A stretch of 64,000 nt of DNA from an uncultured Chloroflexia bacterium (GTDB lineage: Bacteria > Chloroflexota > Limnocylindria > Limnocylindrales > CSP1-4). A program made the translations under genes and the position numbers. Below, piece after piece: positions 23,892 through 34,325 of the stretch. The notes under the pieces were generated by a model that was not told where the DNA came from, made no database searches, and saw only the letters and a list, made by a program, of their open reading frames with translations. The first letter of the stretch is position 1, and every line of letters begins with the position of its first letter. The stretch is taken from the NCBI GenBank assembly GCA_963752475.1, contig CAVVYR010000004.1:128001-192000 (forward strand). The letters run 5' to 3'.

Positions 23892-26116
23892 GCGCTCAGT
23901 TTCCGCAGCTCGAAGATACGAGCCTGGAAGTCACCGCGGGCCTGCGCTTCCCAGGCGAAGTCATCCAGGAACAGGCCTTGCAGCATGAGTTCGTCACCTC
24001 CCCGCTCGAGGGTGTTGGCCCGAGTCAGCGCGTCCTCCGTCTCCGGCCACACGCTGACCTCGTAGCGCGCCTCCGGATCGAGGCCTCGCAGTCGCAGCAG
24101 CGATGGGCCCGGCAGCGGTCGCGTGAGCGTGCGGTACCAGCCCACGAGCGCGCGGCCGGCTGTGTCGTCGACGACCATCCAGGCGGTCTCGTTGCCGTCG
24201 CTGTCGAACGGGCTCCGCAGCCGGTGGAAGCGACCCTGGTGAATCAGCTCACGGCGCTCCTTGTACCAGGCGATCTGCGCTCGCACGTCGTTCGCCTCGG
24301 CCTCGTCGAGCGCACGAGGGTCGAGCTCGTAGCCGAGGTTGCCGAAGAAGGCCACGGCCGCACGGGTCGACAGCGGCGTCGCCCGGTGCAGCTGGTGGTT
24401 GGGTGAGGCCGAGACGTGCGCGCCCATCGCGACCAGCGGGTAGACCATCGAGCTGCCGTACTGGATCCGCTGGCGTTCGATCGCATCGGTGTCGTCGCTG
24501 GTCCAGGCCTGTGGAGCGAAGGCCAACAGGCCCGGATCGTTGCGCCCGCCACCGCCGGCACAGGACTCGAAGAGGATCTCCGGGAAGCGCTCGGTCAGCC
24601 GGGAGTAGAGGTCGTAGAGCCCCAGCATGTAGCGGTGGAAGAACTCACCCTGCCGCTCGGTTGGCAACGAGGCCCCGAAGGGCTCGGTCATGACCCGGTT
24701 GTAGTCCCACTTGACGTAGTCGATGGGTGCGCTCGAGAGGACGTTGCCGATGACCCGCTCGAGGTAGTCGATGACATCCTCGTTGGAGAGGTCGAGCACG
24801 TACTGGTTGCGCTGCTCGGAACGAGGCCTGCCGGAGATGCCCACGGCCCACTCGGGATGCTGGTCGAAGAGACGGCTGCGCGGGCTGACCATCTCCGGCT
24901 CGATCCAGATGCCGAAGAGGAGACCCAGGTCCTTCACGCGGCTGACCAGGTCGGGCAGGCCCGAGGGCAGCTTCCGCAGATCCACGGTCCAGTCGCCTAG
25001 CGACGAGTCGTCGCTGTCACGCTGGCCGAACCAGCCATCATCGAGCACGAACAGTTCCGCGCCCAGGTCCTTCGTGGCGGCAGCCATCTCGACGAGGGTG
25101 TCCTCGTCGAAGTCGAAGTAGACGCCCTCCCAGCTGTTGAGCAGGACCGGGCGCGGCTTGTCGCGCCACGTCCCGCTCGACAGCCGCTCCCGGTAGTGGC
25201 GGTGGTACGCGTCGGATACGCCGCCGAGTCCCTCGTCCGACCAGACCAGTACGGCTTCGGGGATCTGCAGATCCATGCCCGGCTCGATGCGCCAGCTGAT
25301 GGACTCTGGGTCCATGCCGATGCGTGCGCGCACGGTGTCATACGGGTCGACCTCGACCTCAGCGAGGAAGTTGCCCGAGTACACCAGCGACATGCCGATG
25401 GCCTCACCCGAGGCCTCGGTCGTCGACGGGCGTCGGAGCAGGAGGAACGGGTTCTGCTGGTGACCGGACGATCCGCGCTGGCTGCGCAGCGCTCGCGTCC
25501 CACGCACCAGCGGCGCGTCGATGATCTGCGTCTCGCGCGCCCATTCGCCCGCGAGCTGCAGCAGGTTCCAGTCACGGTCGGGCAGGTCCAGCACCGCGCT
25601 CATGGCCGTGGTCAGCTGGATATCGCCGCTGCCGCCGTTGACGACGCGCATGCTGCGGGTGATCAGCGGCCGGTCGGCGTAGACGGTCAGCAGCAGCCGG
25701 ACCCGGAGGCCGGAATGACGATCGAGGAGCACGACCTCCACCGACTCGGCCTCTGACGGGTCGTCCACATACGTCGAGGGAAGTCCATCGAGATGAGGCT
25801 TGCCGGCGCTGATGACATGGTCCTGGTAGCCGAGCTGGAGCACGGTGCTGCCGTCGGGATGGCGCACGCCGATGCCGGGAATGCGGAAGTCGCCGCTACC
25901 GACGCTGGGCAACTCACGTGGAAGCGGGTCCCCGATCTGGTTGAAACGCGTCGTGTACGAATGCCGCAGGAAGTGCCCGTAGTCGCGCTCGGTCGCAAGC
26001 CGGGGCCCGAAGTAGAGGTGCGACAGAAGGCCGTCCTCGGGAACACTGATCACGTAGCTGATGAGCTCGTTGTGCAGGTGCAGCTGCCGACCCTGCTCCC
26101 GCCATTCGATGGGCAT
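23888..26116 (-). CDS. Alpha-galactosidase, GH36
   Basis: LLNSWEG.YF, FVLDDGWFG, FGIWIEPEMV, YVKWD.NR, E.CAGGGGR.D, W.SD.TD. Confidence 0.95.
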   Translation of the reverse strand: MPIEWREQGRQLHLHNELISYVISVPEDGLLSHLYFGPRLATERDYGHFLRHSYTTRFNQIGDPLPRELPSVGSGDFRIPGIGVRHPDGSTVLQLGYQDHVISAGKPHLDGLPSTYVDDPSEAESVEVVLLDRHSGLRVRLLLTVYADRPLITRSMRVVNGGSGDIQLTTAMSAVLDLPDRDWNLLQLAGEWARETQIIDAPLVRGTRALRSQRGSSGHQQNPFLLLRRPSTTEASGEAIGMSLVYSGNFLAEVEVDPYDTVRARIGMDPESISWRIEPGMDLQIPEAVLVWSDEGLGGVSDAYHRHYRERLSSGTWRDKPRPVLLNSWEGVYFDFDEDTLVEMAAATKDLGAELFVLDDGWFGQRDSDDSSLGDWTVDLRKLPSGLPDLVSRVKDLGLLFGIWIEPEMVSPRSRLFDQHPEWAVGISGRPRSEQRNQYVLDLSNEDVIDYLERVIGNVLSSAPIDYVKWDYNRVMTEPFGASLPTERQGEFFHRYMLGLYDLYSRLTERFPEILFESCAGGGGRNDPGLLAFAPQAWTSDDTDAIERQRIQYGSSMVYPLVAMGAHVSASPNHQLHRATPLSTRAAVAFFGNLGYELDPRALDEAEANDVRAQIAWYKERRELIHQGRFHRLRSPFDSDGNETAWMVVDDTAGRALVGWYRTLTRPLPGPSLLRLRGLDPEARYEVSVWPETEDALTRANTLERGGDELMLQGLFLDDFAWEAQARGDFQARIFELRKLSA

Positions 26117-26286
26117 CCCCGGCCTTCTCCTTCGACTGTGGCACACGCATCGGCGACGTTCACCGATCGTGCGCCGGGCGATGGTACGACGGCAGCCAGG
26201 CGCGGACACGACGTTCGAACCACTTCTCGCCTACGATACGGAGCGTCTTCGAACAAGCCCAAGTTACGTTAAGAGGAACGCCGTCC

Positions 26287-26558
26287 GTGAAGAAGACCCT
26301 GATCACTGCTGCGCTGGTCGCCAGCCTGAGCCTCGTCGCTGTCGCCTGCGACAATGACGAAGACCCCACCGCAGGAGCCCACCGCCGAGCCGGCAGCGAC
26401 CGAGGTGGAGGACGCCGAGGCGACCGATGGCCGGCCGAGGTGGAAGACGCCGAGGCGACCGAGGAGGAGAGGCCGAGGAGGAGATGGCTGACGCCGAGGA
26501 GATGGCCGAGGAGGCGACGCCGAGGAGGACGTCGCTGACGAGGAGAGCCGAGGCCTAG
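26287..26558 (+). CDS. Small acidic, probably disordered lipoprotein, with several 1-nt frameshifts
   Basis: GTG-KKTLITAALVASLSLVAVAC lipobox; after removing single extra bases it reads DNDEDPTAEPTAEPAATEVEDAEAT..EVEDAEATEEE..EEEMADAEEMAEE. Confidence 0.6.
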
Positions 26559-26577
26559 CGCCACTCCCTACACGACG

Positions 26578-26607
26578 AAGGCCGTCCGGGTGACCGGACG
26601 GCCTTTT
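26578..26607. terminator. Intrinsic terminator hairpin between convergent genes
   Basis: AAGGCCGTCCGG-GTGA-CCGGACGGCCTT-TT, perfect 12-bp stem. Confidence 0.75.
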
Positions 26608-26627
26608 CGATTCGGTGGCCTACCGCT

Positions 26628-27042
26628 TCAGATCGCCCGCATGCGGTTGTTGCGCTTCTCATGCGTCAGCTCTGCCAAGCCGAGCGCTTCCAGCAGCGGC
26701 GGCACGTACATGCCGAAGCGACCGCGATAGCCCTGGCGCAAGCCGTAGAAGCCGCCGACCGGGTTGTCGGCGGACCGTCCCCAGGCCTCGACGGTGTCCG
26801 GCTTGGGGTCCTTCTTCTCGTCCGCGGCGCCAAGGTCCATCCATTCACCACGCGCTTCGAGCATGGCCTGGAGGTCCTCGATGCAGCGCAAGCTGGTACG
26901 AGAGCTTGGTCGAGCCGACCTGGCAGACGAGCGCGGGCGGATCGGCCTCCTCGTCGCTGGTACATCGTGTACTCGGACGAGCCCGGGTGGGGTCTGAAGG
27001 ACCCAGGGATCGTCCTTGGTGCCGGTGCCGGTAGCCTGCCAT
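26628..27042 (-). CDS. DUF6855-like conserved protein, frameshifted
   Basis: Stitched frames give MAGTGTKDDPWVLQTPPGSSEYTMY..EEADPPALVCQVGSTKLSYQLRCIEDLQAML..TVEAWGRSADNPVGGFYGLRQGYRGRFGMYVPPLLE; AGGAGG RBS. Confidence 0.7.
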
Positions 27043-27094
27043 GCGCCTGCCTCCTGTGAGGGGATGGGCGCCAGAGCCTAGCGAGTCCCGGCGC

Positions 27095-28274
27095 TCAACT
27101 CCAGTCCGGCTCGTAGGGCAGTTGCGCCAGCACCCAGTAGCCACCTCCGTCACGGGGGCCGGCGTCGAGGGTGCCACCCAGAGCCGCGACCTCCTTGCGC
27201 ACGGCTTCGAGACCAGCCGTTTGCTGCTTGGCGTCACCGGTGGCGACGCCATCGTCGGAGACCTCGATCTCGAGCGCGTCGGGCTCGAAGCGCACGAGCA
27301 CGCTCGCCGTCGCCTGAGTGGTGCCGTCGAGCGTGGCCATCAGCGACTCCTCTACGACGCGATAGGCCACCGCGTCGAGCTCCGATGTCAGGGGTACAGG
27401 CCGGCCTGTCACCTGCAGGCCCACGGGCAGCCCGGCCTTGGTGACCTCGTCGACGAGGTAGTCGAGGTCGCCCAGTCCGGGGCCGGCTTCGGGCAGGGGC
27501 GTCCCGTCGGGCGCGAGCAAGCAGGCCGATCAGGCGCTGCGACTCCTCGAGCGCTTCGGTGCCCGCGGTGTCGACCACCACGAGCGCCTCGTGCGCCGAG
27601 CGGGGGTCCTTGTCCAGCGTCCGGCGGGCCTCGCGGGCCTGCAGGACGATCGTGCTGAACGCCCGCTCGAGGACATCGCGCAGCTCGCGCACGGTGTCAT
27701 CGCGACCGGCCGAATCCGGGGTGGCGTAGCCGTGCGACCAGGCCCACTCGCGATCGTCAGCACCGACGCGCTCATCACGGCGGGCGAGGCGCACTCGCCT
27801 GACGGCCTGGCCCAGCAGCCAGGGCGCCCACAGCAGCAGTACCGGCCCGGCGATCTCGCGCGCCTCGAGGGGGTCGCCGCCGCCACGCAACACGAGCAGC
27901 CCGGTGAGGACGCCGAGGCCGAGGGCACCGATGGTGGCGGCTCGGCCGCCACTCCAGGCGCCGATGGAGTAGGAGCTCAAGGCCAGGCCGATAGCGATGG
28001 TCACCACGGACTCGAGCTGTCCTCGACCCATCAGCGCGAGGGCCACGACCGCGGCCACCAGGGGCACGATGGGCATGCGCGAGCGGAGCGCCAAGGTCGA
28101 CAAGAAGACGGCGCCCGCGATCACGGCCGCATCCTCGGTGACATCGAGGCCGGCAACGAAGGGCTCACCCAGGACGACGACGTCGGTGAGATAGACCTCG
28201 GCGATGTAGGCCGCGGTCAGGACCAGGGCGGTGAGCGCATCGAGGTGCGCGCGGATGAAGCGAAGGACTCCCAC
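27095..28274 (-). CDS. Membrane HisKA_3-type sensor kinase homologue with degenerate catalytic motifs; frameshift near 27520
   Basis: Multiple TMs; RELRDVLERAFSTIVLQA (H-box position), AYRVVEESLMA (N-box position), LEIEVSDDG, ALGGTLDAGPRDGGGYWVLAQLP. Confidence 0.75.
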
Positions 28275-28388
28275 GGCTCGAGGCTACCGCGCCTTGGGGT
28301 CAGGCGTGCACGGAGTGAGCCCGATACGAACGACCGCCTGCTACCGTGGCTTCGTATCAGCCAGAAGGGGCTGGAAGGAGGAGGTCTC

Positions 28389-30740
28389 ATGGGTCTCAAG
28401 GAATACCAGCCCGGAACGCGGTTCTCAGGCGTCGTCGGTCGCACGTTCGATACCTCGGAGCCGGCCTGGCCGGCGCCGCGGCGCGCGAAGGAGGGCATGC
28501 CCAACGTGCTCTTCATCGTCCTCGACGACACGGGCTTCGGGCAGCTCGGCTGCTACGGCAGCCCCATCCGCACGCCTAACCTGGACAAGCTCGCAGGCAA
28601 CGGCCTGCGCTACAGCAACATGCACACGACGGCGCTGTGCTCGCCCACGCGCTCGTGCATCCTGACCGGCCGCAACCACCACTCGAACCACCTCGCCGGA
28701 ATCACCGAGATCAGCACCGGTTTTCCCGGCTACGACGGCTACATCCCCTTCGAGAACGGGTTCCTCGGCGAGATCCTCCAGCGCGAGGGCTACAACACCT
28801 TCGCCGTGGGCAAGTGGCACCTCACACCGGCCGATCAGGTCTCGGCCGCCGGACCCTACGACCGCTGGCCGCTGGGCCGTGGCTTCGAGCGCTACTACGG
28901 CTTCCTCGGCGGCGACACACACCAGTACTACCCCGAGCTGACACACGACAACCATCGCGTCGAGCCCGAGAAGACACCCGAGGAGGGCTACCACCTGACC
29001 GAGGACCTGGCCGACCACGCCATCGGCATGATCGCCGACTCGAAGCAGGTGGCGCCCAACAAGCCCTTCTTCATGTACTTCGCCACCGGCGCCATGCACG
29101 CGCCACATCACGTGGCCAGGGAGTGGGCCGACAAGTACAAGGGCGTCTTCGACGATGGCTGGGACGCGTACCGCGAAAAGGTCTTTGCGCGTCAGAAGGA
29201 GCTGGGCGTCGTGCCGCAGGAGGCGGTGCTCTCACGCCACGATCCCGATGTCCAGGAGTGGGACAGCCTGTCGGACGACGAGCGCAAGGTCTATGCCCGA
29301 ATGATGGAGGTCTACGCCGGCTTCCTCGAGCACACCGACCACCACATCGGCCGGATCGTCGACTTCCTCGAGAAGATCGGCGAACTCGAGAACACGCTGG
29401 TCATGGCCATCAGCGACAACGGCGCCAGCTCGGAGGGCGGCCCCACCGGCTCGATCAACGAGAACCGCTTCTTCAACTACATCGAGGACACCGTCGAGGA
29501 GAACCTTGCGGCTCTCGACGAGCTTGGCGGCCCCAAGTACTTCAACCACTACCCCTGGGGCTGGACCTGGGCAGGCAACACGCCCTTCCGCCGCTGGAAG
29601 CGGGAGACGTACCGCGGCGGCATCAGCGATCCCTTCATCGTCCACTGGCCCGCGGGCATCGAGGCCAAGGGCGAGATCCGCTCACAATACGGCCACGCCA
29701 TCGACATGGTCCCGACCGTGCTCGAGGCCCTGGGCATCGAGCCGCCCGGCGACATCCGTGGCGTGCAGCAGTCCCCGATCGAGGGCGTCAGCATGGCGCA
29801 GAGCTTCGACGACGCCGCGGCCGAGACGGAGCACGTCACGCAGTACTTCGAGATGCTCGGGCACCGCTCCATCTATCACGACGGCTGGCGGGCGGTCTGC
29901 CCCTGGCCGGGAACATCCTTCGCCGAAGGCCAGCCGTTCAGCACGCCCATCACGGCCGAGGCGCTCATCGAGCTCGATGCCAACGGCTGGGAGCTCTACC
30001 ACGTGGCCGAGGACTGGGCCGAGAACGAGAACGTCGCGGGCCAGCACCCCGCGAAGCTGACCGAGCTCATCTCGCTCTGGTACGTCGAGGCCGGCAAGTA
30101 CAACGTGCTACCGATCGACGGCCGCGCCCAGCAGCGCTTCGCTGATGAGCGACCGGTCATCGCCCAGGACCGCTCACGCTACGTCTTCTACAACGACACC
30201 CAGGAGGTGCCGCCCAACGCGGCGCCGCGCATCCTCAACCGCCACCACACCATCCACGCGGCCGTCGAGATCCCGGAGGGCGGCGCCGAGGGCGTGCTCG
30301 TCTCACAGGGCGGTGTGGACGGCGGCTTCACCTTCTTCGTCAAGGACGGAAAGCTGCGCTACACGTACAACTACTGCGCGGTCGACTACTACCACCTCAC
30401 CTCAGACGCGGACGTCCCGACCGGCAAGCACATCCTGAGCCTGGAGTGGGAACCGACTGGCGAGGCGGATCCGATGAGGGGCAAGGGCGTGCCGGCGAAG
30501 GTGACGCTGTTCGTCGACAGCGAGCCCATCGGAGGCGGCGATCTGCCGGTCACGATCCCGCTGTCACTGGGCCTGGCCGGCGGCGTGTCGATCGGTCGCG
30601 ATGCCGGTGCGCCCGTGACCGATGACTACGTCGGTCCGTTCGTCTTCTCGGGCGCGCTCGATCGGCTCGTCTACGACGTTTCGGGCGAGAGCGTGGTCGA
30701 CCACGAGACGGAGATCCGCGTCGCCCTCGCCCGCCAGTAG
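28389..30740 (+). CDS. Arylsulfatase (formylglycine Cys-type, AtsA-like, with C-terminal LamG-like domain)
   Basis: PNVLFIVLDD, LCSPTRSCILTGRNHH, GKWH, HAPH, SDNG; GGAGG RBS. Confidence 0.95.
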   Translation: MGLKEYQPGTRFSGVVGRTFDTSEPAWPAPRRAKEGMPNVLFIVLDDTGFGQLGCYGSPIRTPNLDKLAGNGLRYSNMHTTALCSPTRSCILTGRNHHSNHLAGITEISTGFPGYDGYIPFENGFLGEILQREGYNTFAVGKWHLTPADQVSAAGPYDRWPLGRGFERYYGFLGGDTHQYYPELTHDNHRVEPEKTPEEGYHLTEDLADHAIGMIADSKQVAPNKPFFMYFATGAMHAPHHVAREWADKYKGVFDDGWDAYREKVFARQKELGVVPQEAVLSRHDPDVQEWDSLSDDERKVYARMMEVYAGFLEHTDHHIGRIVDFLEKIGELENTLVMAISDNGASSEGGPTGSINENRFFNYIEDTVEENLAALDELGGPKYFNHYPWGWTWAGNTPFRRWKRETYRGGISDPFIVHWPAGIEAKGEIRSQYGHAIDMVPTVLEALGIEPPGDIRGVQQSPIEGVSMAQSFDDAAAETEHVTQYFEMLGHRSIYHDGWRAVCPWPGTSFAEGQPFSTPITAEALIELDANGWELYHVAEDWAENENVAGQHPAKLTELISLWYVEAGKYNVLPIDGRAQQRFADERPVIAQDRSRYVFYNDTQEVPPNAAPRILNRHHTIHAAVEIPEGGAEGVLVSQGGVDGGFTFFVKDGKLRYTYNYCAVDYYHLTSDADVPTGKHILSLEWEPTGEADPMRGKGVPAKVTLFVDSEPIGGGDLPVTIPLSLGLAGGVSIGRDAGAPVTDDYVGPFVFSGALDRLVYDVSGESVVDHETEIRVALARQ

Positions 30741-30765
30741 GCCGGATACCGGACGGGCTGCCCGG

Positions 30766-33700
30766 TCAGCCGCGCGCCGTCCCGTCCCAGTAGGTCTGCG
30801 CCAGGGCCCACGCGTCCCGGCCGCACTGCGCGCCCATGACCCGACCACGCAGGTCGTCGGCCTCGACGTGGATGCCACCGTAGAGGCGTGAGAGCCCGGC
30901 CTGATCGGCCGCGTCGTAGTACGTGGCCCAAGCCAGCGGCACGTCGACGCTGGGCCCGAGCTCGAACTCGAGCGAACCCGCCGGCACCGTCCAGGTGCCG
31001 AGCCCACCGGGGAAGTACGCCGAACCGGTCATCTCGGTGAGCACCTCCGCGGCCGCTCGGCTGAAGGTGGAGTGGCCGCTGACGTAGCCCGCGAAGCTGG
31101 GCGTCACGAAGGTCGAGAGCTGGTAGGGCACCCACTCGACCGCCCGGATCCAGTCGACCCCGCCGAGCTCCGACTCGGTCTCGCGGGGGTTCCCGCTCCA
31201 GGCCCGCACCGCGATCTCCCCGACGAAGTCATCGAGGTGCTCGTGGCGCTCGCCGGCGGCGGCCGAGGCCGCGGTGATGAGCTCGACCTGGCCCTCGATG
31301 AGCGGCAGTCCGTCGGGGTGATACGCGGGCAGTGCCGGATCGCTCGACTGACCGAGGCCGCCCATGTAGCCGGATCATGCTGATCGGCCGCACGTAGTCG
31401 TAGTGGCCCTTGGCGCCCCAGGCGGCCACGGCCGCATCGTGCACCGCGCCGTTGAGCGCGAGGTACAGCTTCACATCCCATTCGAGCGGGTCGAGCACGG
31501 GGCCGCGGCCGGCGATGCGGCGTTCGAACGCGGGGTGGTCGACGACGCTGTTGGCGAGCGTGTTCCAGTGGCCCGGCGGGGTCTCCGAGTCGGGACCGTC
31601 GGCCCAGAACTCGGCCAGCACGCGCCCGAAGTCCGCGCGCGGTACCTCGACCGGCGCATACGGCAGGCTGGTCCAGGGGTTGAACGCGTGGCCGGCCCGA
31701 TCGTTCGTCCCCAGCGGCGCGTTGCCCCAGGTGGCCGGGCCGATGTCGACGGTCACGCCGTCGCGCGGGTCCAGCAGCGCGCTGTACGCGACGACCTCCA
31801 CGGCCTTGGCCTTGAACTCGGCATCGGTGGCGGGGTCACCGAGATGGGGCGGGCCGCCGGGGTCGATGGGCATGCCGTGCTCGAGCGGCTCGGGCAGGGC
31901 GAAGGAGGTGACCTCGCCCCAGTGCGGCCCGATGAACTCCTGCGGCCCGATCGGCAGCAGCTGGCCGTTCTGGGTGTAGCTGATCTCGAGCGCCAGCGGC
32001 TGCCAGCGGTTGGGGTCGGTCATGACCGTGCCCGGCTCCTGCACGATCATCGGCTCGTTCACCGCGACGTAGTCGCGCGTGGTGTAGCCCTGCTGCTCCA
32101 GCGCGCCGTCGTCCATGGTGGCCTCGATGACCGTGGCCGCGATGCGGTTGCCCAGCGTGGCCGGGGTCGCATCGTCGGCGGCCTCGATCTCCCACGGGTA
32201 GCAGAGCTCGGCCATGAGCTGGTCGAACCGGCGCAGGGACTGCGCACCTCCGGCGCTGTCGCGGTAGCGGTGCGACAGGACGCGGTAGGCGGCGTAGCTG
32301 ACGGCCTCGTCGCGCGCGGCCGCGACGTCGTCGGCGGTGGCCTTGCCGCCATAGAAGACACCATCGGCGGTCGAGTCGTAGGCGGCCCAGGCATCCCACA
32401 TCGCAGCCGACGCGTGGTAGAGGTTGCGCGCGTGCACGGTGGGGGCCGGGAAGTCACGGCGGATGGCGTCGAGCAGGGCCTCGTCCCAGAGGCGGGCGAC
32501 CGAGTGCTCGCGGTCAGCGCTCGGCACGCAGGTGGACGGGTCCACCGACGGGACCGGCGGCAGCTCGGGCCCGGCCTCGCTCTCGCGCACCAGGGGCAGC
32601 GCACCGGTCATCTCGGTCGCGCTGGTCAGGGCCACCGGGCTCATCCCGCCACGCTCGATACGGATGCGCTGGTCGGCGCTGACCGGGGTCCACTCCCCAG
32701 CCTCCCCATCGGGCCAGGTCACGCGCACCTCGGCCTGCTCGGCCGGGCCCAGGCCGAAGTGGGTCGGGCCCAGCTGGCCCGAGATGTGGCCGCCGCCCAC
32801 GGTGACCTCGCGCCGCTGGATCCCGCCTTCGGCCTTGATCTCGATCCAGGCGCCGATCGCGTCGGCGTTCGGCCCTTCCTCGTGCAACTCGACGGCCAGC
32901 CAGTGGCCCATCGGTGCGGGCTCGGTGGCGGTGCCCGCGCCGGCGTTGCGCCAGATGCGCACCGGCACCTCGCGGTTGACCTCGACGAGGTCAAGCAGGC
33001 CATCGAGGTTGAGGTCGGCCAGTGCCGCCCCGCGGGTCTTGTCGAAGTGGACGATACCGGCTTCGATGGCACCCTCCGTCCACGTGCCGTCGCCCTGTCC
33101 GATGAGCAGGTTGGACGGGTCGTCCGCGGCATGGTCGGGCATCTGCTCGACGTTGCCCTTGGCCACGTAGAGGTCGGGCACGCCGTCGTTGTTGACGTCG
33201 TCCCACTCCGCGTGCCAAGCGGTCGAGGGGAGGTCGATGTCGCCCGCGAACGGCTGCGGCGCATCAACGCCTGCGGAGTAGGCCATATCGCCGAAGGTCG
33301 GCTGGTGGGGATCGCCAGTCAGGCTGCGCAGGCGGTTGCCGGCCATGGTCGAGATGTAGTACTCGGGATAGCCGTCGTCGGTCACATCCTGGCCCGCGAT
33401 ACCCATGCCGAAGACCGAGAGATGCTCCCAGCCGTCGTCGCGCGTGAACGCGTTCGCGGGAGCCTCCGCGCCTACCTGCCAGAGCTGTTCCTCGCCCTCG
33501 CCCGGGCGGTAGTACTGGCGGTCGTTGGAGACGCGCAGGTCGCGCCGGCCACTGCGATCCCAGTCGCTGAAGAGCATCGAGAGCGTGCAGTGCCCGGGGA
33601 TGACCTCGGGCTCGCCGTAGCCGTCGCCCTGCGCGCGGTAGATGGCATTGGCGTCGCATTCGGGCGTCTGCCCGGCCTCGGTGATGGTCAGGTAGTCGCC

Positions 33701-34255
33701 CACGGCCAGGGTCGGGAAGCCCCCGCCCGGCTCCCACTTCGCGCTGAGCGCGGTCGACCAGTCGTCGTCGCCATCGAAGCCCCAGGCCTCGTTGGTCCGC
33801 TCGAAAGCGCACTCGCCGAGCCCGCGCAACAGGACGTTCTCGCCCCGGCGCAGCACGGCCAGGTCGGTGATCCCGTCGGCATCGACGTCGAGGGGGTAGG
33901 CGCCGGTGACCTCGGTCAGATCGGTCGTCTCGCTCGCGAGCTGCTCGAAGGCCAGCGGCCCACCGAGATCACTGCGGTTGCGATACAGCCCAGCCGGGTC
34001 GGCGCCGCCAGCGAAGTAGAGATCGGGCAGCTCGTCGTCGTCGCAGTCGAGGACGGCCACGCCGCCACCGGTGAAGAACTGCCAGGAGCCGGCATAGGTG
34101 TGATCGACACCGGTACCCGCCTCCTCCACGAAGAGCGGCACGGCCGGGGCGTCGGCCGGGGCGACCTGCTCTCCACCGCCGGTGGCCGCGACGGTGGAGG
34201 TGGCCATCGCCATGGTCAGGAGGGCCGCGATGGTGGCACGCACGGTCTCGGACAT
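30766..34255 (-). CDS. Secreted FG-GAP/ASPIC-UnbV (CRTAC1-like) and vanadium-dependent haloperoxidase fusion; 1-nt insertion near 31371
   Basis: Signal peptide; DxDxD repeats (DCDDD, DVDADG, DWDRSG, DVNNDG, DLNLDG); AIGAWIE/HFGLG/VTWPDG UnbV; VARLWDE..HARNL, FWADGPDSETPPGHW, KGHYDYVRP, PSFAGYVSGHS, SRLYGGIH. Confidence 0.85.
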
Positions 34256-34325
34256 GGTCCCGCCAGTCTAGCGATGCTTGGTCGAGGCGGGCCGACTATC
34301 GGATGGCCCGGCGCCCATGCCTAGC

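Noticed and set aside
27591-28388. N-terminal extension making a 1049-aa sulfatase fusion
   Set aside because: It is antisense to the kinase-like gene, and the true start at 28389 has a GGAGG RBS
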